From: Trichoplax sp. H2
Lineage: Eukaryota
DNA: 64,000 bases
Direction of reading: 5' to 3'
Assembly (NCBI GenBank): GCA_003344405.1
Contig: NOWV01000031.1
Coordinates: 1-64,000, forward strand
The translations under genes and the position numbers were made by a program. The first letter of the stretch is position 1, and each line of letters opens with the position of its first letter. Below the pieces are notes generated by a model that saw nothing but the letters and a program-made list of their open reading frames with translations, ran no database searches and was not told the origin of the DNA. This document shows positions 46,797 to 61,066 of this stretch, in pieces.

Positions 46797-47718
46797 TGTA
46801 ACAAGTACTAGATCTGCACTCAGCAAGTAGACCCAGTAATTAAGTTCAAGAACTAACTTTATTGTTAAATTAAAGAGTTTATATACTTTCTTTATTGTGA
46901 CCTTTGATCTACTGACATAGATCACAAGATCAACACTAACAGAAAGGTTTCCCTAGTTTAGATATTACAAATAGAATATCATACCAAGTATGGCAACATG
47001 AGAATACATATATAGATAACCTTAATATAGTACCATAACTACATCTATATACGCATGACGTGATAACAATGTGATATTTAACTATATATAGAAAGAAGGT
47101 CACATACTAATTATGTAACTATTATAGAATGTGACACTCCCCCTTCCTTAGTACAACCATGCAATGGTTCATTAATTAAGCAAGGAATTATATCCTAGAC
47201 AGTGCATCTACATTAGCATTTAGTTTGCCAGATTTAAATTTTACGTCGAAACAATACTGGCTAATTAGTATCGCCCAACGCATCAAACGTTGGTTATTGT
47301 TTTTCATACGGTATAGCCATAATAGAGGTCGATGATCCGTTTGAACTGTGAAATTTTGTCCCTCTACGTAGATTCTAAAAGTTTCTGTTCCCCACACCAC
47401 GGCAAGGCATTCTTTTTCGATGGTAGCATAATTTATTTCCGCGGGCAATAACCGTCTACTGGCATAAGCAACAGGTCTCTCAAGACCGATATTCCGCTAC
47501 CGACATGATGTCCCAAATAAGTCACTGGTGCTTTACCAAATTGACATTTTTTGGTTTGTAAATTCATCCCACTCGTAGCTAGTACGGTAAGTATGTTTTG
47601 TAGATGTATAAGATGATCATTCCAAGAATTACTAAATACTACTATATCGTCTAAGTAGACTGCTACATATTGCGAAAATTCTTTAAATATTTCATTCATT
47701 AAATCTTGCAAGCTGCCT
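46797..47718 (-). mobile_element. Internally deleted Ty3/gypsy LTR retrotransposon remnant (RT core, RNase H, PPT, putative 3' LTR)
   Basis: RT PGSLQDLMN...VYLDDIVVFS...KCQF...YLGH (47433-47718) and RNase H NYATIEKECLAVVW...FTVQTDHRPL...NANVDALSR (47188-47448). A purine tract AAGGAAGGGGGAG (47137-47149) precedes TGTCACA at 47136. The candidate LTR ends TGTTACA at 46797 and has TATATAAA/AATAAA inside. Confidence 0.85.
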
Positions 47719-48969
47719 GGAGGATAAAACTTATGACGTCAAAGTTATCATAGGAATGTCAATCTTAAATCGCCAAAGCTATTTCCTGTATTAACCTTGC
47801 AGTACGCATTTGTATTAATAAAAGCCCTGTAAATCAACCATTTGTCAGTAATTTTAGCCGTTTCATAACTATAAATGAATTTTATATTCTAGGTCGTTTA
47901 ATGTTGACATTAGTGAGTTCATTAATATTAAAATTTCTTTTGAAATTCTATTTTTGATCTGTTTGTTTTGCAATCCGGTTAAGAGGAAAATTTTCACAAC
48001 ATTTTCATTAAATGCCGTTATTTTTTGGCTAAGCTGATAAGCTACACCACTTTTCATAGGCCTTACTTAGCTACAGATGATATTTTGCGAAATAATCACC
48101 TCTCCAATGCGCTCGAAATTAGTCAGTCTAGAGACTAGTCATTCGAGTTGGGAGCAAAAATGTGCACGTATCTTATGTTCCATTCATAATTAAATCTTAA
48201 ACTAAATATCTAATCAAGAATGAGTCTGCTTACGATTAGTAACCATAATCGTAAACAGATAATCGTGCTTGATTATTTATAGTCTACGGTGATACTCTAG
48301 TGAAACCAAATTTTGTTTATTTCCTACAGCATATAGTAGATGCAAATTACATTAATTGCTAGTGCCACCGCTGTCATATACCTGAATCATTTATTTAATG
48401 TATTAGCAAGCGTTTGCACTAAAATTACTTATGCATCAAATATGAATTAATATGCAAATTGATCATGACTAGTATAGATTTATAAAGAATTAAGCTCAAT
48501 ATTTGAGTAATGGGCAGTCGTATGTCGAAAACTCCCAACTGTGAAAACAATAAATCGACTTAAAGTTAAAAGTTATGTTTCATTGGATGACTATATTTAC
48601 ATTTCGATCTTTTCATTATTAAATTGAATTACTAAAGGTTACTGTTTAGTTTTATTGCAAGTTCTTACTCAAATTATTTCATTTACAGCTATCTAATATG
48701 GTTTCTGATTCTAGATTAAGTGATTTGCATAAAATTTTAGGTTATTGTACCCTTGCTAATGAACGGATAGTACGTAGTGGTAATCTTAATAACGTTGATG
48801 TCGGAATTCTCTTACATAGTGAATTACGTTACACAAGTAATCGCTTAATTAATCGAATGCGATAGTGTTAGAATAGGTAAATTTACGAGTAGAACTGTAG
48901 TGTAAGTGGTAGTAACACTGATTAATATTGCCTGTGGTGTGCAGTAGAAATTAGAGTTATTAGAATAGC

Positions 48970-49436
48970 TTAGAGTAAACCCGATATCTCATTTCCCTGA
49001 ATTAAAATTAATCCTTGTAGCTTGCCGTCGTGTTTCATGGTGTATTATAAGAATGAGCAATCTGGACATGATAATCTTTCAGCATTGCTAAGCGAATACT
49101 CGAATATCTTTCAAATATCAATAACGTTACGTCATCTTTATACACTTTGTGCTAGATGCTTTCGATAGCAGTATTAGAAGTAGCTACTTCCAAATAATTA
49201 TCCCCCAGTAATTTTGATCTAAGAAATGAAACATTTTGGCGCATACATATAACTGCATCACATTTAGGCTGATCTCGATAGATAGCGCTAACATCATTGT
49301 ATATGGTTGCAACGTTGAACTGATGGTTATTAACAGTCTTAATCTAAATGTTACGGCATCTGGGAAACGTGAATAAGGCCTCTTCGCATCTAAATTGAAA
49401 ACGGTAAACTTTCGCTAAATAGCTATACAAATCACC
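48970..49436 (-). pseudogene. Decayed TPR relic (same 42-aa family), not in the ORF track
   Basis: Minus-strand translation GDLYSYLAKVYRFQFRCEEALF...I*IKTVNNHQFNVATIYNDVSAIYRDQPKCDAVICM...LLGDNYLEVATS...*...IRLAMLKDYHVQIAHSYN, with multiple stops. Confidence 0.72.
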
Positions 49437-51821
49437 CTATTGCTTTATTCTTTTATAAAAATTTTAAAATTTATGATGATTTTAAGCTTAAATTTTCGTT
49501 ACGTGAGTGAATATCATCTTATTTTGATTAGTAACACTATGCATTTCCGATCTGAAGGTAAAAATTTGCAGTACACAAACTAATTATAATTATCGGCACC
49601 TACCTTTACCATGCGATGAATTTCAGATCTCTCATACATCACCATAGCTTTGTTGTTTGTGGATTAGCAATAATGCACCATTACAATTCTTTTTTTGGGT
49701 TTTAGGATAGTACTACGCTTGTATTGTAAACGAGTAAAGCTTAAATATAATAAGAATTCTATTACTATACTATTACTATTATTACTATTACTAGTAAAGT
49801 TCCCGTTCATATGAACGGGTATATATTCTACATAAAGCAAAACATTGAAAGAAAATTCACAGCCAGATTATTTCTTACTACTTTATATATGCTTCTTCTA
49901 GGAGCTACACTGCTAGATCAAGTCCGTAGAATTAATACATTATTCATATAAACTATTTATGTTAAGAATCATCTGAAACATATGTATTGCACATGTGCAT
50001 TCTGTTCGTGTGTATAGTGATGAGATATTAAGGGGTATATTTTTGATCAACAGCTTAATAATATTATTACTTTATATCCTTGAACATATGAGCCGGTTCT
50101 AATACGCTTTATTACGTAGTGTTGAAACATTAGATAATAGAGTAACGTGAAATTTATTATGAAGCGAATTCTCGTAAACTTTAAATTTCGACATCCAATA
50201 TTTTTAAGATTGCAATACGAAGATTGAATTTTATAGCATTTCTTAGCATTAACTTCACTCCAAATTCTAAATATTATTGTTAGAATATAAGATTATTATT
50301 ATCTTTGACATCATCACATCACTGAGTATATTTATTCCAAATGAAAGTATTACTTTTAAGAGAATAACAAGTGCCAAATTTTATCGCTATACAGTATCAG
50401 ATTTTATGCCATCGCCATATAAATTTCCAGTATTTGTAATTATGATTGGTAGATCCTATCTCTAATCGGATATTGATATATAAGCATAAAAGTGTAATTG
50501 AGATTTACAGTTAGTCATTCATATTTATTGTAATTTATGCACCACTGATTGTTCTTTTAATTTGGTGCCCATCGATATTATCAATAATTTTATTTATACT
50601 GCTGATAATTAATTTATATTCTGTTTTATAGAACTAATTGTTAGAATATTAAATCGTACTGATAATTTTAAAGTGGGCTTCTCCGCTGAGTTAAGCAGAT
50701 CCCTAGCCTTGTAGCTAGTAAATTAGACGACAGTATTGATAATTTAGAATAAATGGTGTTCTTCCCATAATTAAATAGCGTAGTTCGCGTGTACTTTTTT
50801 ACGTTTACGTTAACTTATCAGAATCCCGCTCTTACATACGGATTAAAATCTCGTTTGGTAAGAAAATATAATTACATGAGAATTTCTCTTCGATTACTAT
50901 TATTACTGTACCGCTACGTTGGTACTAATATCTAGAAATAATCTAGAGTAGAGTTATTAGGCAATCTATTGTACTATCAAGGAACTGCCCTTCCTGTGAG
51001 GGTATCTTGCTAACTACGGTAAAACTGTTAAGACACAATATTGATTGAAGGTTCGACATACTGTAAACTGAATCAATATAACAGTTAATCAAGATGGCGA
51101 CAGATCAGTCATGCTAAGGAAAGTAGGCATAATTCAACGTATGATTGCTTCTAAATATTGCTTTTGCTATCCTGCAACGTACTATTGCTTTAAGATACCG
51201 TGCGACGTCTACAAGGGTCATTAGCAGCTACGAGAGTAGAAACGGCAGAGATAAAGTTATCGCAGTAATGTAAAACCAGCATGTTATGAACAATTTTGTG
51301 CTAAAGGCAACTGAATAATGTAGTAAGCTCATTTCGGTCACATATCATCGAGTTCTAAAGATAATTTTATTCCATAACGACGTCATAGGGTTAATCATCC
51401 TTAACGGTTACTGGATATAATATTAGTCCAAAGCCCAACTAATAAAAACAAGTCATTTACTAAATTACATACTCACTACAAATATCATAATAAGCATAAG
51501 TGCATTGTTTCGTTTTTATATAAGATTATTTGATAACAAGATACAGATGGCTGTTGTACATATAATCATAAACCTTTCTAAGTATAAGCACGATATACCA
51601 GTAAAATTTTTTTTGAAAGAGATATGCCAATTTAATTAAGAATACATTGTAAACACAACAAGGCATTAAATGATACCTTTTATAATGAATATACTTTACT
51701 ATTTTTCTTGAACAACATCACATTACGATAATAGAAAGGACTACGTACGGTACTTAAAGTAGAACTACAACTAATAATGTGTTATAATTCAGGGTATACT
51801 TCAGTGCTCAAAGTGATTCAT

Positions 51822-54800
51822 TTATAGTTCATCACGTGGTTTATCTTCTTTTGCTTCATCGCCTGCATCTATATCGCCTTCATCGTCTTGGAGTTCTTCT
51901 GTTACACCTTCCGATTTACCCATCCCTTTACCACCAGAAGTAACAAAGTTCGCCAAAGCATCTAATCCACGTTCACCACTATATTGGATTTGTTCCTAGA
52001 AAATGTATGGATGAGAATAAGACCATCTCGATATAGCTTACGAATATACGATTTGACAATACTGCACAATCATACAATCTCCAATATGCCAAAAGTTAAT
52101 TAAACTACCTTATTTTCTCCAGCAGGGAAATATATTAAAGTTGGGAAACTACGAATAGCGACATCTTCCACTTCATTGGCAGTCGAATCTATTTTAGCTA
52201 TGACTACGTTTTTGTCATCCTGGAATTTTTCTCCTAATTTGTCCCAAATTGGAGCTAATTCCTTACAATGTCCACACCAAGGAGCATCTAGATTTTAAGC
52301 AATCATTGCAGCAATTACAGACGCAAAATTAGTGCTCATTAAATACACTTTTGGTACTACAGCAAAATATCATTTGTTGGAGAGTACAATTACAGCATTA
52401 AACTTACAAAATTCAACAAAGACTGCTTTTTTGGGATCTTTGGCTACAGCATCGAAATTTTTACCAACCAAAACTTTTACTGGTTTTGCATCCCAATCTT
52501 CGGGCACATCTTCCGACTTGAAGTGTTGCTAATTTAATAAACATAAACGTCACTAGCGTCGGATATCAATATGCAGTTTAGGCACCATTTACTATACAAG
52601 ACTCATAATCGTGATGCTTACCTTGACTTTCCCGTCAACAAAGTCTCCAACAAACTTTTTAAGGTTCTCTTCGTTAAATTCTTCAAAATTTGGTCTAAAT
52701 TTTTTCATATCACTTTCTTCCATTTTGATAATTCTAACATTAGTTTTCTGTAAATTAAAAGAAGTTAAATTATGCATAACTACGAACGCTATAAACGTGA
52801 TAATAAATTTCAAGATTATGATTCGTACATCCTCTTTCTTGATATCGAAAAATTCTGCAAGACGTTCATTTTGCTCATCGTCCATGTCCACGTAAATGAA
52901 TAACATCTGCAGGATTAGATAAGAGACAATTACGTAAAAAATAACGAAATAAAATATGGAAGGTAATACTAATCATGAAAGTATACGTAAGAATATAAGT
53001 ACCTCCATCCTAAATTCTGTAGCAACTTTTTTCAGGGCAGCTACACCTTTATTGAAGTTTTCCTCATCTTTTTTACCAATAAATAGAAGCAAATGAGTCT
53101 TGACGTCACTACCGAAAATCTTGGGTGCATTCTATATAAACAACAGAAAAGATAATATATAAAGACCTGCTCATAAGCATTTTTATTCAATGATTTGTAA
53201 AGGACGTTTTAATGCATTAAAAATTACTTCTTGAGTAAATTCGTTGATTAAAGGTAAGGCAAAAATACGAGCAAACTTAAGAATATTCTCCTTTGTCATC
53301 CAGCCTTTAAATTCTTCAGCATCGCTATCCTAAAATGTTCCAAATAAAGAATGTAATTTATCTGTTGAATATTGTATACCTAATCAATATTGCCAGATCG
53401 TTGATAACTAATTCTATAGTAAGACAGCATTACTACGTACTTTTTTGTACATAATTATGTTTTCCATTTCGATCTTTAGTCCAGCTGCAACTTCAGGGTT
53501 GTTAACGAGGGCCCAGGTAACAGCATCCACTTCTTCTGCTGCTGCAATAAAGTCTTTGGGCGTAGCTTGATCCAAATCACGAAATAAACCAAGTACCACG
53601 ACGTCATTCTCATTTTTTAGCTTTTCGAGTTGTTCAGAACTTTCAACAGAAACATAAATAGGTCCAGTCTTTTTCTTTAACCAGCGAACAATACCGTCAG
53701 CATCACGATTTCCTTTTAGTAAATTTCAAAATTTAATAACACCATAGAAATAGTAAAAACAGGATTTTTAAATTATTTATTGATTACATTCACTGGAGGA
53801 AAGTTATGTCGAGAATATTATTGTACGGCGTACTGTATTATGCTAGAATAACATTGTGCATCATTTGTGTAATGCCGGAAATTGCTTTCTCCCTGGTAAA
53901 AGCCCCATAGTAATTATTAGCCTTAACCGATCATTTCTATTTATTGCTGGGGTCCAGTAAATAGTCTACGTATGTTGTTAACGAAACTAAAAAAAAATCA
54001 ATCTAAACATATTAATATCCATCCATGTTCACGTATGAGCTGATTAACGATCTGTCGGTTCTATTTCAGTACAATTTCGTTGTCAAAGCACTTCATATAA
54101 TAGGAAGGTTATAGTTGCTTCATTCAATCTATCGTATTACGTCGCCACTGTTCACGTACAATTAATTATTATTGAATTGTAACTTATAATAAATGTTTAC
54201 AAGTGAAAACTGCGCAATGAAATGTCGTTATTCTCATACGGGAGTGGGTAACATTTCTCAATTTGGTTAAAATGATAAAATAAATAGAAATTTCGATAAA
54301 TGAACTGCAGTATGTCATTAACGTAGCATAACTTAGTAGTAACGTCAAGGACAGAATACGTACAGTATAAGGTCTATCTGTGCTTAAAGAGCGTTGGTTG
54401 TAAACTCGTGCTGAACAATAGAATTTTCATTTATTCAGCTTATTATAATCATTTATACAGATGGCGATTAAATAGCAATCTACTGTACGTATACCAAAAT
54501 AGCACTTTGCATTGCTATTGTATTCCATTGGACAATAATGAACCAAAGCAAGTGAGTGCAGCTATTTACTACACTGACTGGAGATGGTCCGAATGGTATG
54601 AAACAAAACGATCATCAAGTATTGTTGATTAGCTTTCGAATGTAAATGAAGTATTTATCACTATAAAATAAGGTGCCTGCTTCATGAGTAAACCTTCATT
54701 TTTTGATGATTACAGAACGTATTATCTATTCATAGAATTTATTTATGCAAATGTTATCGATTACAGATTTGGAGTAAAACAGTTGCATAAGAACAAAAAC

Positions 54801-57011
54801 TGGTGTAAATCCTGTCCATAGTAAGATCGATCTCAATTTCCTTGTAGGATGACATGATATTATCCTAAGACTGAAATCAACTATGAGTCTATAAGATTTT
54901 ATTGGTAGATTTTATGCTTCGTTTCGTAGCTGGGAAAGCAGGGTACGCTGGCGTACAAATATATAATTACAATAAAACGAATAAATAACACCGTCGCGAT
55001 TGCGAAGCAGTGTTGTTTAGTGTAATAATCATCTTACCATTGTACTTAATTTTCTTTCCATCCTTGAAAAAAAATAAGGTAGGATAACCTTGTACTTCAT
55101 GTTGTTGTGCTAATGAGCTCTCGACGGTAGCGTCAACTTTAGCTAGCCTAATTTCTGACTTTTCCTCCATCAAGACATCAGCAGCCTTGGCATATTCTGG
55201 TGCTAAATTTTTGCAATGTCCACACCAAGGTGCATCTGCATCCCGTTACATTATTATCCATATCAGTAGCACAGGTGGTCCATCAACAATGTATCAAAGG
55301 ATATGAAACAAATAAAATATTCACCATTCAATCTATGAAGTTGAAAGGCATCAATTTACATGTATTATACTGTTCATAAATAATCACAGTAATCATTTAA
55401 TGATAGTGTCACTTTATATAAGCCGCAACGTAACATTCTTACTCGTAGTCTAAAAGAAGTGCCTATGGCATTGCACACGTGGTACTGCTATTCCAAAATG
55501 GCTGTGATAAAATTAGCATAATGTGTGGTTAAATTTTTCCCCAAATGTATAAGTTGCTTTACAATGCACCTACAAATGGGGATTGATGCCTTTTCTATCA
55601 CGGCAACGCTATTTAAGTATTTTGTTACCATCAGCAACTTCATGATTCCCCTTTTTACCCTTATGTCGTGGGTAACCACAAAGCAATTCAATGCTACAGA
55701 GCTGATGAAACAAAAGCCTACGCGATTACTCAATTTTCGATACTGCCATACATGTTTGCAATAATCATACAGTATAGTAAATAACTATCAAAAATGAATT
55801 CAGAGTATTGGTGTCGCTCTCTTTAGAGTACACCGATCTCCAATGTAAGATGCAATTCATCGATCCAAGAAAGAAGGTACGACCTTCTATAACTTTATGC
55901 TATGATGAATGAATGACTCATTATCTCCTACTATTACAGAAATGATTGTGATATCGTCCATGTTGATTGAACGATAAAAGTGAAGTAGCTCGACGATTAT
56001 CCTTTCAGTCTGTTAGGCAAAATAACTTCTTAAGTAATTGGTTGTTTCTCAAGGACGAGATTACAATACATTGTCCTCAATAACACCTTAATAAGATCAA
56101 ATAATTCAGTCATCAATGGTTATTGTCGGTCGCTGTTTCGTCCATTGCATCGTCATCCGCTAATTAACTATTTATTAAGTGAAATAATCATTTACGGTAA
56201 TGATACCATCTCTGTCTATATAGACGCGTAAGAAAGTAGAGAGCTTACCATGGGTATCACTACTTGAACAATAAGATGGCACCTATTACAGGATCATCGT
56301 ATTTCAATACCAAGCTATTTGCTTGTTATTACCATGCCAATCAAGTAGTACATATCATGAGCCGCCATAGATTCGATTGTACCGGAAAGTTGACTAAGGT
56401 AGTTTCATATTCAAGTCGCTACGTCCTAGTAGCCGATAGTAGACTTATCGACACTCGTTCACTTGACAGTCGGACTCGACGACGATCCTACTGTAAATAT
56501 ACACACGCTGACGCAAGACTCTCTGCGACACTGTGTACCAACAACGGAATACACCATAATAAGGAAGTTAAAAAAAAAATGGACCATGAATAGCATAGGG
56601 TAATCAGGAGCTCTTTTATCGAACTCGATTCCACTTGTGCTATCGTCACGACAAGTTGTTGTCACTTATGGAAAAGGAAGCAGAATGAATAAAAAAAGAA
56701 AGTGTAAACTGCCTAAAGAGGGAGCAGAGCTATTCACTATTCTCCAAATCTTTTACAAATGAAGAAATGGAAAAATACAAAAGCGCATGGTATCCCCTTA
56801 GCCCTACTGCAATCCTATTCCATTTACATGGCTACAACAATGTCAAAGAAAACATGACTGACTTACAAAATTCAACTAATAAATATTTATGCTGGTTCAA
56901 TGTTTCTTTGAAATTGTCGGTGGTGACGACGAGGACATTTTTATCTGCCACATCTTCAGCCATGGCCAATGAAAGGCACATCAATGAGAAAAGAATGAGT
57001 GTAGTCTTCAT
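51822..57011 (-). CDS. P4HB: Protein disulfide isomerase PDIA1/P4HB (10 exons, 507 aa)
   Basis: Exons 56867-57011, 55038-55235, 53441-53712, 53228-53329, 53003-53131, 52829-52906, 52622-52747, 52408-52528, 52109-52287, 51822-51995 (1524 nt). Signal peptide, two [12 protein letters not shown] thioredoxin sites, acidic tail and C-terminal RDEL ER-retention signal. Confidence 0.95.
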
Positions 57012-57289
57012 TTTTAATCGGTCAACTCTTGCCACTTTACCTTTCTATACCTAGAACTAGTCAAAGAGAAATAAAATACAGCATCAACTATTGGGTTCTT
57101 TTCCTATGTTGCCATCCAAACTTGCTTGCAACGACATTAACTTACCTTTCAAGTCTTAATGTCGCAATGATTGGATAGGACGTTAAGACACTTCCAAGTC
57201 GTGCAACTGTTGAGGATGGACTCGACGTAGTGCGGAAAATATGAACTGGTAGGGGCTATGGAACCCTGCGCTTGCGCATTGTAAAAACT

Positions 57290-57308
57290 CGTGGAAGGAT
57301 TTGATTGG
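57290..57308 (-). promoter_or_regulatory. ER-stress response element (ERSE, CCAAT-N9-CCACG)
   Basis: The minus strand reads CCAAT-CAAATCCTT-CCACG, an exact consensus ~280 bp upstream of the PDI ATG. Confidence 0.8.
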
Positions 57309-57460
57309 TAGACAGATTGACGATTGGGGGTGGAGTGTTGTGTTGAAAAACAGACACAGCAAGCGATACTGTGGCAACGTCTCCATTTGCATCATGACAC
57401 AGCACCCGGAAAATGGACTGTTGACGAAACGAGAACAATAACATCCGTACCAGTACAGTG

Positions 57461-58120
57461 TACAGTACAGAACTGGTACAGTGGACAGCAAGTTGGTACA
57501 GTAGTCCATGAAGTTGGTTGGAAAATTCAAGTAGTGCTGTTTACCTCCTATTTTCCATACTAGTCACCAGTGCAATATTGTGATCAGTTACTTTATTAAT
57601 GTCATTGTGAATCAACACTAAGATTCTAGGCAGTCCATGCAGTCCTGTGTAGCATGGATTACTCCAAAAAAGCCTTTTTGGACTAGTCCACGCATGTACT
57701 GTACAGTATGCAGTTGTCAGAAAGGCAAGGAAACGTACAGTACAGAACTGTCACTGTACTGTACAGTGTACAGTGTACAGTACCGTACAGTAGCAGTACT
57801 GTACACTGTACAGTACAGAACTGGGACAGTGGACAGCAAGTTGGTTCAGCACATTATAGTAGTTAATGAAGTTGGTTGGAAAATTCAAGTAGTGCTGTTT
57901 ACCTCTTATTTTCCATACTAGTCACCAGTGCAATATTGTGGTCAGTTACTTTATTGATGTCATTGCGAATCAACACTAAGATTCTAGGCAGTCCATGCAG
58001 TCCTGTGTAGCATGGATTACTAGCCTTTTTGGAGCAGTCCGCGCATGTGCTGTATGCAGTTAGTCAGAAAGGCTAGGAAACGTACAGGACTGACACTGTA
58101 CAGTGTACAGTGTACAGTAC
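57461..58120. repeat. Tandem duplication, ~350-bp unit, 2 copies, TACAG-rich
   Basis: The block TACAGTACAGAACTGG...GAAGTTGGTTGGAAAATTCAAGTAGTGCTGTTTACCTC...GCATGGATTACT starts near 57461 and again near 57808. Confidence 0.88.
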
Positions 58121-61066
58121 TGTACACTATGGCTACAGTACAGTACTGTACACATCAGGCGGAGACTTGCAGGCGCTGCCGAAAAATGCTCAGTGTAATG
58201 CTAATGTGCCAGCTGGTGACATGGCTATACTACTCACGATACTGAGTGGAAATTGCGGAATCAGACGCGGTGACGTCGAACCCCCCCTATGCTGCACTTC
58301 GACTTGATCGCAAGTTGATTAATTGCTTTTGGAAAATAGGAGAACTGCTAGTAAATAGTATGCTGACTATCATGCTGTACTCGATACTACTTGAAATGAA
58401 TGGATGAAAGCATTTTTAGACCCTATTACAGTCAATCATAATTCCGATATCATCATGGTCGTTGCTGCGTTAGGTAGTCGTCTTGACAAACTTAGCAGCT
58501 AACTGTTGTCATCAACGACCACAGCAGTTTTTCATCCTTGAAGGGAACCCCCCTTGATTGCTTACCATGGAAAGACAATTTCGGACCTCTAAAAGTAATA
58601 TTGTTGCAGATCATTCAATAGAGGTGTTATGGGACTAGTATAAACTGACACGCAACAACGTTTTCCAGAAGTAGTGCAGTGCAGTCAGTATTCAATAAAA
58701 CTGTTGCAAAATGGTATATCCCCATAACAAGTCTAGAGTCAAAGTGATGGCTGTCTTCTTTCGATTAATGTACAGTAAACCATAGTAAGAATTTCGCCTT
58801 TTACTGACAATCCATGCTACTTCAACTTGAGATACGTCGTATTATCGTACACGATGATCATAGTAGTCATATATTGGAGAAATGAGAGTGATACTGATGG
58901 TAGAGAGTGTTGAAACAGCTCAAGGAGGCTGATCAAGATATCTCAATCCATACCGACTATGGCTGCTATCACGACCAATACCATCAGAAGAGAGTATGGA
59001 CACAAAAATAGCCAAACAACTGGAGACTTTATTAATTACTATTAGTAATCACTCTTTCATAGCAGTTGAATCATTCTTACACCATTCACTTATCCCTGAC
59101 GGCACTTTATTACTATCAAAATTCTTCTAATTGAATTAAATCATGGAAATTCAATTGAATACAGAAACCGGGTAATTGAACATCTGCTTTGGAAAAATTG
59201 GAAAGCCTAACCGAAAAGGATATAAAATGTAGACGTGCAATGTATTTCAACATCATTATGGATAAATTTTACTGCTTGGATTTTGTACTTTCTGTCTATG
59301 ATTACCATTGCAGATGCTATAATTCCAAGTGCTATCATTAGTGTTATTTAAAAAATTGAAATAATAGAATATAGAATCACATGAATACGTCATCGGGACA
59401 TATACAGTAATTAATAAATTGCTTTATATAGTTGTTCATATCAAATAGATTGTCTGTCATTTTGTATATGGCAGCTTTTACAGCTCTGCTGACGGAGCAT
59501 CCTTGACGATCCAGAGTCGATTAGTAAGAGTAAGCTTGTTGCTATATGACTGCATTGGTACTTATTTAGTTTTTACCAACCAACTATACCGTAGTTCAAT
59601 ATACTTTCAATGAAGCGATTGTTTATGGAAATCCTGCTAATTAATTATACTTTAATTAAGTGGCAGCAGTTTAGTTAGCATAGGGATGGAATATCAATTT
59701 TTAAGCTTAAATTACCCCATTCAAGTTTTGCTTTAGTGAATCATTTCAGAACTGTTACAATTCATCAATTGCGTGAATTGACTAAAAGTAAATAAAAGTC
59801 TTTGTTGCAACATTTTGCACGAGCTACTTTCACAACATCTAGAACTTCCTATGATGATATTAAAGTCGTATTGGTATCTGTAGATATAATAAAGTAAATT
59901 ACAATAGGTAAAGTTGTCCTAATGGCCTTAGGGATTGTCTATGAGAGCTTATAGGGAATAAATAGTAGTCGCTACGGGTAGTTCTAGGAATTCGTATTAA
60001 CGGCTATAGAGTACACGGGTCTATTCGACATGTTTGGTTGAACAATTCAGCATTGAGTCAAAATTCAATTGCCTTGCCGAAAGTGAACAAATACAAAATA
60101 ATTACTTCGATGTTACAAATACTTTACTTATTTCCAAGTTTGATCATGTCTTCCATGTTTATTGAAAGAAAGTAGAGTCTCATTTATTCGAGAAATGCTT
60201 ATGTCCATCTCGCAATGACAGTTTAATATTTTAAATTTTTATCGATGTATGTACAGCATAGCCAATTAGCCATTCAAAATAGTGGATTACGTTCTTGACA
60301 ACCACAATGCATAAATGCAACCTTACTAAAAATGCTTACGTCCATAAGATATTCTATCCAATTTGGTTAAGAATCAATCTATTATAAGGCCGTGATATAT
60401 GCCCTGTGAGTGTGAGAATACTGAGAAAATGGATGAAACATGAACGTTATTCATATCGTTTATTTGGACAGTTTTTATTCGCCAATTGCGCAATTCGCAA
60501 TACAATAACCGTTAAATTCGTAAATTGTACAATTAATTAGTAGCCGTATATCTGTATACTTAAGTCTAAATTGAACCCAGATAGAATAATTAATGAGTGT
60601 CCAAGTTATTAGTTGTGATAACTTTACTGAACAGACAAAAGAATTTATTCAGTGATAATTAAAGATGTCATACTGATGTTCGTAAATACATTCAAAAAGC
60701 AACGCCTAGGGTGAAATCTTTATGAATACCACAAACATGCACTGTATTCGGATTTATTATAATTTAAGGAATGCAAACATTACGGAATTTCCTACGCCTA
60801 GAGCTAGATGGTAACGGTTTATTTCTAATACGAGTATACTGAACGCTCTAAATTGTTAAGATACTACTATGCATAGTGCTACTTTAAATTAAGACAATAA
60901 TATAGCATTCGTATTGATCATCATATATAAAATATCCCATCGTAGAAATGAAGTAAGCATCAATCAACCTGTCATAAACACAACGAGTTCCTTAGTCTGT
61001 ATGCACGTTATAACTTTCTGACATTTACAACAGTTTGTCATAGCAAATAAGTAAGCATTAGTCGAT

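Noticed and set aside
51822..57011. PDI as a dedicated redox partner of the disulfide-controlled gasdermin
   Set aside because: It is 43 kb away and an ordinary ER-luminal housekeeping gene (signal peptide, RDEL), whereas the gasdermin has no signal peptide. There is no sequence evidence for a link.
57183..58307. Short ORFs upstream of PDI
   Set aside because: They arise from promoter sequence and the ~350-bp duplication, and the duplicated peptide ends simply reflect the DNA repeat.
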